From assembly GCF_006345805.1 (NCBI RefSeq), contig NC_043001.1, positions 31,062,001 through 31,126,000 on the forward strand: a DNA stretch of 64,000 bases, given 5' to 3'. A model generated the notes under the pieces. That model was not told the DNA's origin. It saw only the letters and a program-made list of their open reading frames with translations, and did no database searches. The position numbers were made by a program, and so were the translations under genes. The DNA is from Octopus sinensis (taxonomy: Eukaryota). Below, one piece after another: positions 51,473 through 64,000 of the stretch; within the stretch, counting starts at the first letter, position 1; each line of letters begins with the position of its first letter.

Positions 51473-52075
51473 TATGAAAAACTAGTGTTTCTCATAGAAA
51501 GCCGGCTTTTGAGATTGAAAAAAGGTCAAACTAATTGCCTCAGATAAAGCGGTGAAAAAGAATGGTACGACGTATTAGATAATGCAGTCATAGTAGATAC
51601 ATTATCTGATAATAATGTGAGGTGATCATGGCTGGAACGCCTTTGATATTGAGTCTTTTCAAACAAGACTGACACGGTGTTAAACAACAAGGGCAGAAAT
51701 ATCACAATTCATCCTGTACATGTATTGTGATTTAACTAAGACAAAACCAATGCATGCTGGGAGGTGGGGGTTATTATCTGATGGTGGTGATGGTAGTAGA
51801 GGTGGCGATAATAGTAGTGATGATGGTCGTAATGGTAGTGGTCGTCGTAATGGTGGTGATGGTATTGGTTGTAGTGGTATTGATGGTAATTTATTTAGAA
51901 GACCAATTAAATGGTCATCTTCGAAACAGAATTTTCCTCTACCACATCTAATACAAGTGTAAATAAGTATTCCTTTATTCTTTTATTCTTTTACTTGTTT
52001 CAGTCATTTGACTGCAGCCATGCTGGAGCACCACCTTTAGTCGAACAAATCGACCCCAGGACTTATTCTTTGTAC

Positions 52076-52312
52076 GAGTACCCAGAAGGGGCTAAACACA
52101 GAGAGGACAAACAAGGACAGACAAACAAGGACAGACAAACGGATTAAGTCGATTATATCGATACAAGTGCGTAACTGGTACTTATTTAATCGACCCCGAA
52201 AGGATGAAAGGCAAAGTCGACCTCGGCGGAATTTGAACTCAGAACGTGGCGGCAGACGAAATACCGCTAAGCCCTTTGCCCGGCGTGCTAACGATTTCGC
52301 CAGCTCGCCGCT
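52076..52312 (-). mobile_element. SINE family A
   Basis: Reverse-complement copy with head and core. Confidence 0.9.
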
Positions 52313-53029
52313 TTGATGAAGATGAAAATAATGATAATAATAATCACCATCAGATCGACCACCACTATAACTGTTGTTACATCAATTATCTAGCATATTT
52401 ACTTGGTTATCACAGCTTCGCTTTGGCATTTGTATATGAAATAATTAATTCTCAATCAGAACTATAAACATAATTTTAAAAAATCATAAATCTGAACAGC
52501 CTGGAGATAAGTGGATAATAAATGGATATCAAAACTGTGAGTGATAAAGGTTAACATTCTGTTGATATATGGATATCAACATTTAATCAATTTAAATATG
52601 GTAGCTTAGGATAAATGTGCCATTTATCTTCAAACAATCATTGTAATGTTTCTGAATACCGACAAAATATACTGACAATCACGGCTGTCGAGCTGTCTGT
52701 CAACTCATATGTGTATGTGTGTATGCATATTGGACACGTATGTATGCGTATATAAATATATATTTTCTGTAACCCACCCTCGCCCACATATATTAGCCTG
52801 TATTTCTAAGTCTATATAAGTATACGTACACATTTATATGTATATGTGCGTGTGTGCATGTGCGTGTGTGCATGTGCGCTGTGCATTTGAGTACTGTATT
52901 TCTGTGTGTGTGTGTGTGTGATATATGTGTGTGCATATTATATATATATATTTGTGACTATATATCGACATATTCATACATATATACTTAGATAAATAGA
53001 AAGATAGAGACAGACAGATAGTTAGGAAG

Positions 53030-53087
<58 letters not shown>

Positions 53088-54372
53088 CGAGAGAGAGAGA
53101 GAGATTTCTTTATGGCGGCCGTTGTAATGGACTATAAGAAAGAACTGAATGTTACCCGAGAAAGTATAGTAAGAATAATTCGTATTTATTGTTGAGCAGA
53201 TGTTATGACTTTCATCACCTCAGAGAAGTCTAAGGCAACAAGAGTCGTAGCCTCTGGCCAAGTTGTATAAAAATAATCATAGAGTAAATGTATGTATATC
53301 ATTATTCAGTTTTATTTCAAAATTTCTTGACAATAGAGAAAGAGCGGTTTCTAACCTAATCCAAGGCGTCTTCACAGGAATTTCAACATTTACAGCAGTG
53401 TATGTATGCATTATGTATGTATGTATGTAGTGTCGTGTTTGTGTATATGTGTGTAGGCAATGTATGTATGTATGTATGTATGATATATATGTATCTATGT
53501 ATGTGTGTATGTATGTATGTATGTATGTTTTATGTATATTGTTATGTGTGTGTATGTATGTATGTATGTATTTTATGTGGGTAGTTATGTAGTGTAGTAT
53601 GTATGTATGTATGTATTTATGTATGGTTGTATGTATGTTCTGTATATGTGTATGTATGTGTGGTATGATACTTTTGTTGTCTGTATGTAGTGTATGTATG
53701 TATGTGCTAATGTCATGGTATGTATGCCTGTATGTATGTTGTATGTATTGATGTATGCGTGATATCTGTATGACTATGTATGTGGATGTATGTGTTGTAT
53801 GTATGTATTTATGTAGTGTGCGGTATTGTGTGTATGTATGTTATGTATGTATGTATGTATGTGTATGTATGTTTGTGTGTGTGTTGGTGTGTGTGTGTGT
53901 GTGTGTATATGTATGTATGTTGTACGTGTGGTGTGTGTTGTATGTATGTGTGTAGTATGTATGTAATGTATGTATGTATGTATATATGTATATATGTATG
54001 TGTGTAGTATGTATGTATGTATGTATGTATGTATATATGTATGTGTGTATGTATGTATGTATGATGTATGTGTGTATGTATGTTGTGTATGTATGTATGT
54101 ATGTATGTATGTAGGTATGTATGTATGTTATAGTATGTTTATGTTGTATGTGGTATGTATGTGATGTATGTATGTATGTATGTATGTATGTATGTATGGA
54201 TGTGTGTATGTATGTATGTATGTATGTATGTATGTATGTATGTATGTATGTGTTGTATGTAGTATATATGTAAGGTATGTATGTGTGTATGTATGTAATA
54301 TGTATGTATGTATGTATGTGTGGTATGTATGTATGTATGTATGTATGTAGTATGTATGTGTGTGTGTGTGTG

Positions 54373-54410
<38 letters not shown>

Positions 54411-54479
54411 ATGTATGTATGTATGTATGTATGTATGTATGTATGTATGTATGCGTTTGTATATATGTATAAGTACAGA

Positions 54480-55900
54480 TTTGTATGTTTTGTTTTATGT
54501 ATATATTCTCATGCATACAGTTGAATATCTAGACACGGTCATATATATTTAAATGATAAACTTCTGGAATGTTTTACAGATTTTTACAGTTCCAGTGATG
54601 GACTGGATCTGTAGTCTTCGAATCAACTTTCTCCTTTCTGCTTTTGAGAAGCTTAATTTCTCAAGATTGGTATTTAGGCTGTGTGTTACACTTCTCAGGA
54701 CTCCAATAATTACAGGTATAAACCTGAACGTATAATCTGGATAGAGTAATTGCAGATTTCTTAATAGTTCAGTAGGCATTCTCTTTCACTGATCTTCTGT
54801 TATATGTAAACACCTGCTGGGCAGCTAATTTCCACAACGGTACATAGTTTCTCTTCTTTATCCCAAATCATTATATCAGGTCTGTTGTACTTACATTTAT
54901 TTGAGGTTTTTACTGGGACATTCCACCTGTACTCCTTTTTATTATGAGTAGCTAAGTCTTCTGCCATACTGTGGATTCTTATTTCTTTGTCCTCGGGATT
55001 ATCCTTCCGACAGATTTCATTACAGAGTGTCCTAGCTACAACATCATGTCTCATCAGTAGATATTACCGCGATGACATTTTCGGACAACTGCTTATAATG
55101 TGAATGATATCTTCGGTGTTAAATCCACAAAATCTGCATTGGTAGTCAAAATTTACTGATTTTCCTGCATCTCTATCCCTTTTGTGCATCAGGTATTTGG
55201 TTGATATTTCCTGTTCTTGGATTGCAAACGCATACCCTTCAAAGTGGGAGGTACTAATCCGGTTATTGGTCCACGATAGACTGTTTTGCTGATCAATGTC
55301 GGAGCTTTTTACTAACATACACATGCATAGTTTTCTGCTTATATATACTCATCCTTTCATCTGATGATACGTTGCGGCAGAGTTGTGCGACTTCCTTGGG
55401 CATGAATTTAAGATTATCAGACAGGGAATGTTGCTCAAGGAGCTGCTTTCCAAGTCTTATGATGCTATCAGCCTCACGTATTCAAACTTGGTCAAGGGAT
55501 GCACTTCGACGCTTGGTGGTTAAAAACTGTTGCCGAAGGAATATGATACGACACTCACAGGCATCTTGGATCAATGTTAAGCCTCCGCCGCCTTGTTTCC
55601 GTTTTAAGTGGAGGCCATCTACGACACTGTTTATGTGGAAATTATGTGTGCTTGTTAGTATTTTTCGGGTTTTCACATCAGTGGTTCGGATCTCGTCAAG
55701 CGTCCAATCAAACAGAACAAATGATAGTACGAATACTTGCACTGCAAACACATTGTGGGCCACTGTTTTATTGAATGCAAAGAGTTGTGTTGTCCAAATT
55801 TTTTTATTCGGCTGTAATATTCTTTTGTTACAGGTTCCATAGTAAGATATGTTTTCATTCACCCCTAGATACCTGTAACATTCCTGGAAAGATATAGGGG
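54480..55900 (-). mobile_element. R4-like LINE 3' fragment in the DRAM intron (sense orientation)
   Basis: NFHINSVVDGLHLKRKQGGGGL, AIQEQEISTKYL, CRFCGFNTEDIIHIISSCP, NRPDIMIWD, FIPVIIG. Confidence 0.88.
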
Positions 55901-56084
55901 GAAGCAGTCAAGTCATTGATGGAGATGTTGCTAGTCTGAATTACAGTTTTCCTCCTTTTCACAACAATATAACATTTATCATTCAATCATGCACGCATGT
56001 ATGCATGCATACATGTATGCATGTATGTATGCATGTATGTATGTATGTATATCTTTGTATATGTGCATGTGTGTAACTAAATAA

Positions 56085-56122
<38 letters not shown>

Positions 56123-56808
56123 ACATATGCCATATGTGTGTGTGAGACTGAATATGTATGTACATATTACACACACACACACATACACACATAATACATA
56201 CATACATACATACATGCATACATACATACATACATACATACATACGCACATACATACATACACACATACATACATATACGTATAGCTACTTTTGAAAAGG
56301 TCTCAATGATTGAAATGAACGTAGTCGGGTGATGGGTGAGACGAAGATAACTGGCTCTTTGACAAAATGCTTGTCAATCATTGTTAGAGTGTACGGAAAT
56401 GAACTGAGTTTAGCGACGAGCAATATAATTAGGTCAACGCCATTGCCGTTAGGATCGTGTTGCTTGAATTTTATGTTTAACGCCATAGTGGCATTCAATT
56501 AGGGCAGTCAAGGATGTGATACTGATACATTTCAGCACAGTTCATATGTTCATATTGCACTCGGTTTTAAGTGTTGCTTACGAACAGAACATAAAGGCGG
56601 CCTTACGAACGGAACATAAAGGCGGCCATTTTGCATGTAACCTTTTTAATATGGACTACGTCTTGTTCACGCATCGGGTACGTTGATAGATGCGTCGTAT
56701 ATCGCGTCAATTGTACGATTTATGCTTAACAGTACCTCATAAGAATGCAGTGATTGTTGGGGCCTGCATCCACATCTACCTTAAAGCAACGCTTAGAATA
56801 TTCGTGAG

Positions 56809-56839
<31 letters not shown>

Positions 56840-57767
56840 GTAACGGTTATATGTACCAATTAACTTATAGAAAAAATATGGTTGAAATGACTTTTATTTT
56901 ACTGTAACGATATAAGATACAACTACTTCGAGTTGTATTAAGATAATAGATATTGTTTTGACCATTTCGTAAGCAACTATGTTTCTCTGGGTGACTGCTA
57001 GAAGACGGATATGGAAGAAAGAGAAATTGTAAGAGAATTTACCTATCTGGGTTTACGAGTGTTAAAGTTGTATAGTCCCCCCTATAATATGCAAAAGGTG
57101 CTTCTTCTACCAGGTACCACGCAAAAGAGCGAGATGCGCTTTGGGAAAGAGGAAGAATTGAATATGGGTTCTGTATTTATAATATTTTCCTACTTAAATT
57201 AGGTCAAGCTAAACAAAGCATTTTTCATCTGCTCTGAACTGTATTTAACCTAAGGATCTTCAGGAAAGAATAGAACTTATCTCAAGATGACAGTTGACTC
57301 AAATTTCTTCGTGCAAATGCCGAGAACAATAGAAAGTGAATCATAATAAAATCGAGACTGGCTTTCGAATCACGGCTAAGAATCTAGGAAGCGATTTGCT
57401 TCACATACACAAACACATAACTGTACTTAGAGAAAGATTTTAGAGAAATATTTAACAGAATATCACCTGATGAAATGGAATAGTTACATAATAATACAAA
57501 TTCACGTAATGGTATCTAATATGTTATATAATGGACTTCGTATACGGAAATAAACCACGCTATTAAAACGCGTGTAGTAATGTTTTGGACAATCCATTCG
57601 TTATATATAAATGATATACCACGCATTATGTACCAATTATTACTTTGATGAATATTGGTCTTAGATGGGTCTACCCTTCATAGCATTTAACCACACATGC
57701 ATTATGTCATGTTAGTGTTTACATTATTTAAGTTGCTTTAAATGTGTACACACATATCTATTTATTG

Positions 57768-57819
<52 letters not shown>

Positions 57820-58215
57820 ATGAAGAAGGGTCTGAAGTAAAAGATGGAAAAGGCTCTATATAAATGAATTTAAAAACACAAAGAAAGAACAAACGAAACA
57901 AGAAAGTTAATCTATAAGTTGACTAATACAAACGCTGCGTTGACAAAGGTCAATTGTGTTGACCTTAATCAGCAAACGCATTCAACACCTAAATGTTATA
58001 ACGTACATATTGAATAGCGGTTCGCATTAATAAGCGAACACCTCCTAAGTGGCTTAGGTATTTACCGCCGCGAGAATTTTCATTAAATCGAGTTCACGTT
58101 GAGTTGGTGAAATCATTAAGAAAAAACCGCCTCAATGCTAAGCTGAAAGTGAGAAAAAGAAAAGAAGGAAAATATCTTTTCAAAGTAAAGTATAGAATAG
58201 TGAGTTCTTACTAAC

Positions 58216-58292
58216 CTCGTCTGTGGGTTTCCAATGCTTGGCTGAAGTAATGAATTTTTTCTTCTTGAAAGATAAGTGAGATGCTGTAATTC
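58216..58292 (-). CDS. DRAM/TMEM150 family protein, 77-nt internal exon (not shown in this frame in the ORF track)
   Basis: Acceptor tttcaaag|GA, donor GAG|gttagt; phase 1 to 0 links both neighbouring exons in frame. Encodes GITASHLSFKKKKFITSAKHWKPTDE; KHWKPTDE-GF resembles DRAM2 KLHWNPEDKGY. Confidence 0.88.
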
Positions 58293-59199
58293 CTTTGAAA
58301 GTTTGGTGTTAAAGATCAAATAGATTTGGATTCTATTTTCATACATGGAAAAATGAAAGCAAATACACACACACACACACATACCTACACTGTCTCTATT
58401 TCACACAAACACGCATACCAGTGTACGCGAGACTTTCTTTTGACTTGGGCACAATAAAAAGTTCTTGAAAAGAAATATAGTCGTCTTGATAGGCCTATTA
58501 TATATACCTGTCGTTATTTCATCAGACTTGCTGAAATAAAAGAAAAAGTCGGCCTTTTTTTTTCTTTTTACAAAAAGCAACAGCCGTCACTCGCAAGCGA
58601 CTGTGGCCAGATAGCATGTAACTATTTTAGGTTCTTATGTAGCACCTAAAACAATTAGTGAGCAGACACAAGGGCACCCTCACAACTTTTCCACTCGTTG
58701 ACCAAGCGGCTCAAAGATTCTTATGTTGAAAGCAAATCGTTTATATCATTAACCCACAACATCTCACTCGCCAAATCACAACGGCGATTAAATACCACTA
58801 ACCATAAACCTGACACAGAAAATACACGATGACTTCAACAACAACAACAAGAATAGCAGCAGCAGCAGCAGCCGTTCAAGAATTTGGACCTGGAGATCTC
58901 CTTTTCCAGTGACTTCGAAGGCCACCCCCCAGTGGTGTCGGGCGTCAACGAAGAGCTCTCGACTACAACAAGACGACCAAAGTTTTTTTTTCAAGGTCTG
59001 GGGTCTCCTGCCCCTAAGCCCTAGACCATCACCTAATCACCCTTACCCGTCTTGTTGCTTAACAGCAACAACAACAACAGCAGCAGGAACAGCAAGAAAC
59101 TATCACGGTTCAATTTTATCGACCATCATCATCGGCAAAGCTTTTAACTCCGCCCCTGCTATACACTCATATAAAGAAAATTTCAACGTCCCTTAAGAG

Positions 59200-59550
59200 A
59201 CTAACCACTGGCTAACAAAACTACCTGTCAGACAACGAAGTCTTCGCGGTGTACAAGAACAACACTAAATTCTGCGATATCAAGAATGGTATAGTACAGT
59301 AACTCAGTCATTCTTTTCAAACTGCACCTATACGACCATCCTACACCGTCGAGAAACACACAGACAGTCTCCTATGCTGATGACGTCACACACCCTCTAC
59401 CACTCCTATGACGCTGCTGCACAACTACTTTAACCCTACTTAAATCTTCACCTATAAACCTTGCCCACATAAATAGGTCAAAGTAGCACCTATTAAATTC
59501 GCTGCTTCCTTCTTACCAGTCTCACTAGGAAATATCACGTACATCCAGCC
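59200..59550 (+). mobile_element. Degraded LINE RT fragment (Jockey/I-like)
   Basis: Broken frames give WLT-NYLSD..IKNGIVQ..VSYADD. Confidence 0.5.
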
Positions 59551-59552
59551 AC

Positions 59553-60460
59553 CACATCATCATCATCATTTAACGTCCGTTTTCCATGCTAGCATGTGTT
59601 GGACGGTTCGAACCGGGGTCTGGTAAGCCATGGAGGCTGCACCAGGCTCTAGTCTGATTTGGCAGTGTTTCTACAACTGGATGTCCTTCCTAACGCCAAC
59701 CACTCCGTGAGTGTAGTGGGTGTTTTTTTACGTGCCACCGGCACAGGGGCCAGAGGAGGCTAGCAAATGGCCACGATCGATTGGTGCTTTTACGTGTCAC
59801 CGTCACAGGGGCCAGAGGAGGCTAGCAAATGGCCACGATCGATTGGTGCTTTTACGTGTCACCGTCACAGGGGCCAGAGGAGGCTAGCAATGGCCACGAT
59901 CGATTGGTGCTTTTACGTGTCACCGTCACAGGGGCCAGAGGAGGCTAGCAAATGGCCACGATCGATTGGTGCTTTTACGTGTCACCGTCACAGGGGCCAG
60001 AGGAGGCTAGCAAATGGCCACGATCGATTGGTGCTTTTACGTGTCACCGTCACAGGGGCCAGAGGAGGCTAGCAAATGGCCACGATCGATTGGTGCTTTT
60101 ACGTGCCACCGGCACAGGGGCCAGAGGAGGCTAGCAAATGGCCACGATCGATTGGTGCTTTTACGTGTCACCGTCACGGACGCCAGTCAGGCGGCGCTGG
60201 CATCTGCCTCGTTCGGACGGTGCTTTTTACGTGTCACCGGCACGGGTGTCTTAACTACAATTTCCATTTGATTTTTATTTTGATGTTGACGTACTTGACT
60301 CAATAGGTCTCCTCAAGAACAGCGGGTCACTCTACGGTCCAAGGTTAGCACAGCAGGCCGTCCTGCGAGCCATGAACTCACTTCATTTGTCGGGTCTTCA
60401 CAGTCACAGCAGGGGTCTCGGTCTTCGTCATTTCCTCTGTGAGGCCCAAGCATGCCACAC
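59553..60460 (-). mobile_element. Short retroelement with an RTE-type-looking tail ending in (GAT)n, containing an internal minisatellite
   Basis: Tail ggttggcgttaggaaggacatccag..gcatggaaaaacggacgttaaatgatgatgat; family assignment from memory. Confidence 0.6.
59727..60178. repeat. 62-bp minisatellite, 7 full units plus a partial one
   Basis: acgtg anchors from 59730 to 60163 at 62-bp spacing, with one 61-bp unit. Confidence 0.97.
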
Positions 60461-60861
60461 ACACACACACACACACATACGACAAAATACCAGGGATTAC
60501 AAACTTCACCACAGCATTCACACAAAAGCATCGAAAAAAGCAGAACAACACACATATATTTAAAATAACCACACTTGGTCAACAGAATAGCCCTTACAGC
60601 TCCTAGCATTACATTAAAAAAAAACTACCACCAAACACCCAGACAACATATTGCAACACTTCAGAGCATTTCCGATAAGTATAAGGAACACGTTCAAATA
60701 GAAATACCTTTCACATCAGTAGATTCACTGGCCTCAAATACTATGCTAGGATGCACATCACTAATGTTAAGTGCAACTTTAGCGCTATGGCTGAGTTAAT
60801 TTTGATTGTCTTTGCTGTGACCGCCACCAGAATCTATGGGTGTACAGAAACAGGTTTGATT

Positions 60862-61106
60862 ACTCTTTACTCTTTTTTTTTTTACTCTTTTTACTTGTTT
60901 CAGTCATTTGACTGTGGTCATGCCGGAGCACTGCCTTTAGTCGAGCAAATCGCCTCCAGGACTTCTTTGTAAGCCTAGTACTTATTTTATTGGTCTCATT
61001 TGTTGAACCGCTAAGTTATGGGGACGTAAACACACCAGCATCGGTTGTCAAACGATATTGGAAGACAAACATAGACACACAAGCATACACACACACACAC
61101 ACACAT

Positions 61107-61192
<86 letters not shown>

Positions 61193-61352
61193 GAGGGGCT
61201 TCTTTCAGTTTCCGTCTACCAAACCCACTCACAAGGCTTTGGTCGGCCCGAGGCTATAGTGGAAGATACTTGCCCAAGGTGCCACGCAGTGGGACTGAAC
61301 CTGGAACCATGTGGTTGGTAAGCAAGCTACTTACTACACAGCCACTCCTACG
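60862..61352 (-). mobile_element. tRNA-derived SINE family D, near full length
   Basis: Head ggagtggctgtgtagtaag..ggttcagtccc, internal (TA)/(TG)n, tail gactgaaacaagtaaaaga. Confidence 0.9.
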
Positions 61353-61679
61353 ATTGTGGAGAAAATGCAACATGTCCACACTGTTACATTGCAGCCCATA
61401 AAATTTATCAGTGCATACCAGATTGTGAAATAGGATCTTCAGTTAGACGCAGATATCGTATAACTGCAAAGACGGATATGTGGATTACGCTTCACCATTC
61501 GGTCAAATAACTGAGTGCTACATAACTGCCTGATCCAGCTGACTGGGTGTTACACAGCAGTAACAACAACTGTTGCAACACTACTAGTGCTATTGCTCTG
61601 CCTAGACTGTCTAGTCTGCCTGGTTCGCCAAGTCTTATTCGTTTAAAAGTCTTCAAAATATTTTACAACAAAAGGATAC

Positions 61680-61860
61680 CGACTAAGAAGAGAACTGTAC
61701 CAAATATACACAACGTCAAACGAAAATGACAGAGGATGTGTGTAGATCCAGGCAGGCGTGTTCGATAAGATATTATCGTTTGAGTCCATCCATATCCCAG
61801 AGTTCCAAGAGCAAATGCTAGGACAGCACCGACAACATGTCCCACGAGAACATTAGATTC
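61680..61860 (-). CDS. DRAM/TMEM150 family protein, internal coding exon (first of three visible)
   Basis: Acceptor tttgcag|GAA, donor GTC G|gtatcc; 181 nt, phase 0 to 1. Encodes ESNVLVGHVVGAVLAFALGTLGYGWTQTIISY...FRLTLCIFGTVLFLV, matching the DRAM-type H-x-x-GA-x-LAF-x-x-G and Q-T-x-x-SY transmembrane segments. Confidence 0.9.
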
Positions 61861-62089
61861 CTGCAAAATACAAATATAAAGAATGTTTCACACATTAAAA
61901 TATATATTCAGAATTGCTAAACAGTGATTTGTTAACTTAGAAGTAAAAACTAGAACTACAAAATTTTGACGTGATACTATTCTCCTTACTGAAAATATAT
62001 TATTGAAGACTGGATGCCCAAGTGTACCTTAAATCCTGCATTTTTGGAGGAAGGGACTGAAAGCAGTCTATTTCACCTTGAAAAATTTC

Positions 62090-62645
62090 ACGCGGAAACC
62101 CTACGTCCTCGGTCAAGCGACGCATCTAGAATCATCTAGAATGCTGTTAAGCCCTCAAAATTCTTTTCTTGCAGGGTATTCGATAGAAGGTTTCTGGTGA
62201 GCAAGGATGGTGATGACACTCTCGGTGAGATTCTGAGCAACGAGAATGATCAACAGGTTAGTCTATCCCAGAGCGCTTTCCTCCTGACGACTATGGACAA
62301 CTTCCAGAAATCTCTAGCTTGGAAAAACGACCAGGGAATACAAACATTTAGGGATAAATTCGGTACTTTCGTCAGCCAGGCCTATCCGAGATGCTTGCAG
62401 AATGACAAAATTGTTCTGCACGCACTTGTTCAGCGTCCAAACATTATTGACTTGTGAAGTTATGCCAAACAGTTGCTGTGACATATAGTACGGATCAAAT
62501 TATCAGTCAAGCCCATTTTGAGGATCACTCTTCAGCCTTCTTTTCGGGAAGGGCAGACAGTTTCTTCATCGACGTCTTCAAATTTCACTTGGAGAAAGGT
62601 AAGAGCGGAGAAATACTGTCCTCCCGTGGGTTTGCTGAAAGGTAG
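62090..62645 (+). mobile_element. Tx1/L1-like LINE fragment
   Basis: MDNFQKSLAW..FRDKF..YPRCLQNDKIVLHALVQRP parallels the CCHC region at 46090. Confidence 0.7.
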
Positions 62646-62701
62646 GCTCACAATATATGATTGCGCGCTACACACAGGTGCACACATTATATATATGTAT
62701 A

Positions 62702-62733
<32 letters not shown>

Positions 62734-62734
<1 letters not shown>

Positions 62735-62865
62735 GGTATTTATTGTATCGGTGAGTTATACTGAACCGATAATCACATAGACATAAGCAAACCAACACCG
62801 GTTGTCAAACATGTGCGTGTTACACACAGGCGCACACATTATATATATGTATATATATGTGTGTG

Positions 62866-62912
<47 letters not shown>

Positions 62913-63039
62913 TATATATATACATATATATAATGTGTGCGCCTGTGTGTAACGCGCACATGTTTGACAACCGGTGTTGGTTTGCTTATGTCTATGTGAC
63001 TTATCGGTTCAGTATAACTCACCGATACAATAAATACCA
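62734..63039. repeat. 306-bp near-perfect palindrome derived from a SINE D segment
   Basis: Complex arms of 107 bp differ by 1 substitution and 1 indel; the microsatellite centre is also roughly mirrored. Confidence 0.92.
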
Positions 63040-64000
63040 GGCTTAAAAAATAAGTAAGTACTGGGGTCGATTCGTTCGACTGGAACCTTTCAGGGCTGCG
63101 TACAAGTATGCTGCAGTCCAATAGCTGCAACAAGTACAAGATAAAACATACATGCATACAAACACGCACACACATAAATACATACACGCACACATCCATC
63201 AATTCATCCATCCATCCATACATACATACAAAAAAACAAACAAACAAAATACCCTGTTGACATTGAAATTCCAATGAAGGAGCCTTGGATCTAGGTTAGA
63301 AACCGGTTCTTTCTCTATTGGTAAGAAATCTTGAAATAAAACTGAATAATAACGTGCATACATACATATATACGTACATACATACTTACGTACATACATA
63401 CATACATGCATACATACATACATACACACGTACATACACACATACATACAAGCATATATACACACACACATACATACATACATACATACGTACGTACATA
63501 CACACACATACATACACACATATATACATACGCACATACATACATGCATACATATATACACACATACATACATACATGCATACATACATACATACATACA
63601 TACATACATACATACATACATACAACCGAACAACCTCTTATGAGGGTTCATGAAAGAGTGTGATGAACTATATATTTTAGCTAGAAGTAGTCATTATAAC
63701 ACAGTAATAAAACCATTAATAGGTTTCCAGAGGTAGGCAGCAGGTTGGTTTTTGTCTACTTACATTACAAAAACTAAGATAGATGACCTCAAAAGTCAAG
63801 AGCCCTTTGTATGCCTTGCTTTACAGGGAGTTGTTACTTGCCTGTTAGTAGAGATTTTGACTTAGATTATGCTGAAGTGCAATTATATTTGCAACAGCAG
63901 TAGTATTGTCGTCTCCATAACCTCCCATAAGATATTTGGACTTAGGTCTATGTTAGAAGACCTCCTCCTTCTCTTCCTCCTTCTCCTCCTCGTTATCATC

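Noticed and set aside
53400-54470. Irregular (TATG/TG)n region as a complex satellite
   Set aside because: The scattered indel pattern fits ordinary decay or low-accuracy consensus; no higher-order unit is evident.
56286-56498. ORF inside the DRAM intron as an extra exon
   Set aside because: The three identified exons already join in frame and match family spacing.
59727-60178. Possible CRISPR-like array
   Set aside because: Units are contiguous and identical with no unique spacers; eukaryotic context and no cas genes.

Overview
AT-rich, microsatellite-dense eukaryotic genomic DNA. The SINE/LINE repertoire looks like an octopus (cephalopod) genome; this is recognition from memory, not a database result. 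One host gene is supported: the last three coding exons of a DRAM/TMEM150 (Frag1/DRAM/Sfk1 family) membrane protein on the minus strand (61860-61680, 58292-58216, 50934-50674). They splice in frame through GT-AG introns; the upstream exons were not found in the window. The rest is mostly decayed mobile DNA: a mariner, a Tc1 fragment, MITEs, Helitrons, a Penelope-like element (PLE: RT + GIY-YIG), LINE fragments (R4/Dong-, CRE-, Tx1/L1-, CR1-like), several tRNA-derived SINE families, and one 100-N gap. The most notable pattern is nine hammerhead-ribozyme (HHR) motifs from six unrelated sequence families. They include a composite element made of a tRNA head, an (AAY)n spacer and an HHR-bearing tail. 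It occurs twice with exact 12-bp target-site duplications and PLE-style inverted tail copies, suggesting a SINE mobilised by Penelope machinery. Most other ORF-track entries are microsatellite or antisense artefacts. Repeat boundaries were read by eye and are approximate unless stated as exact.
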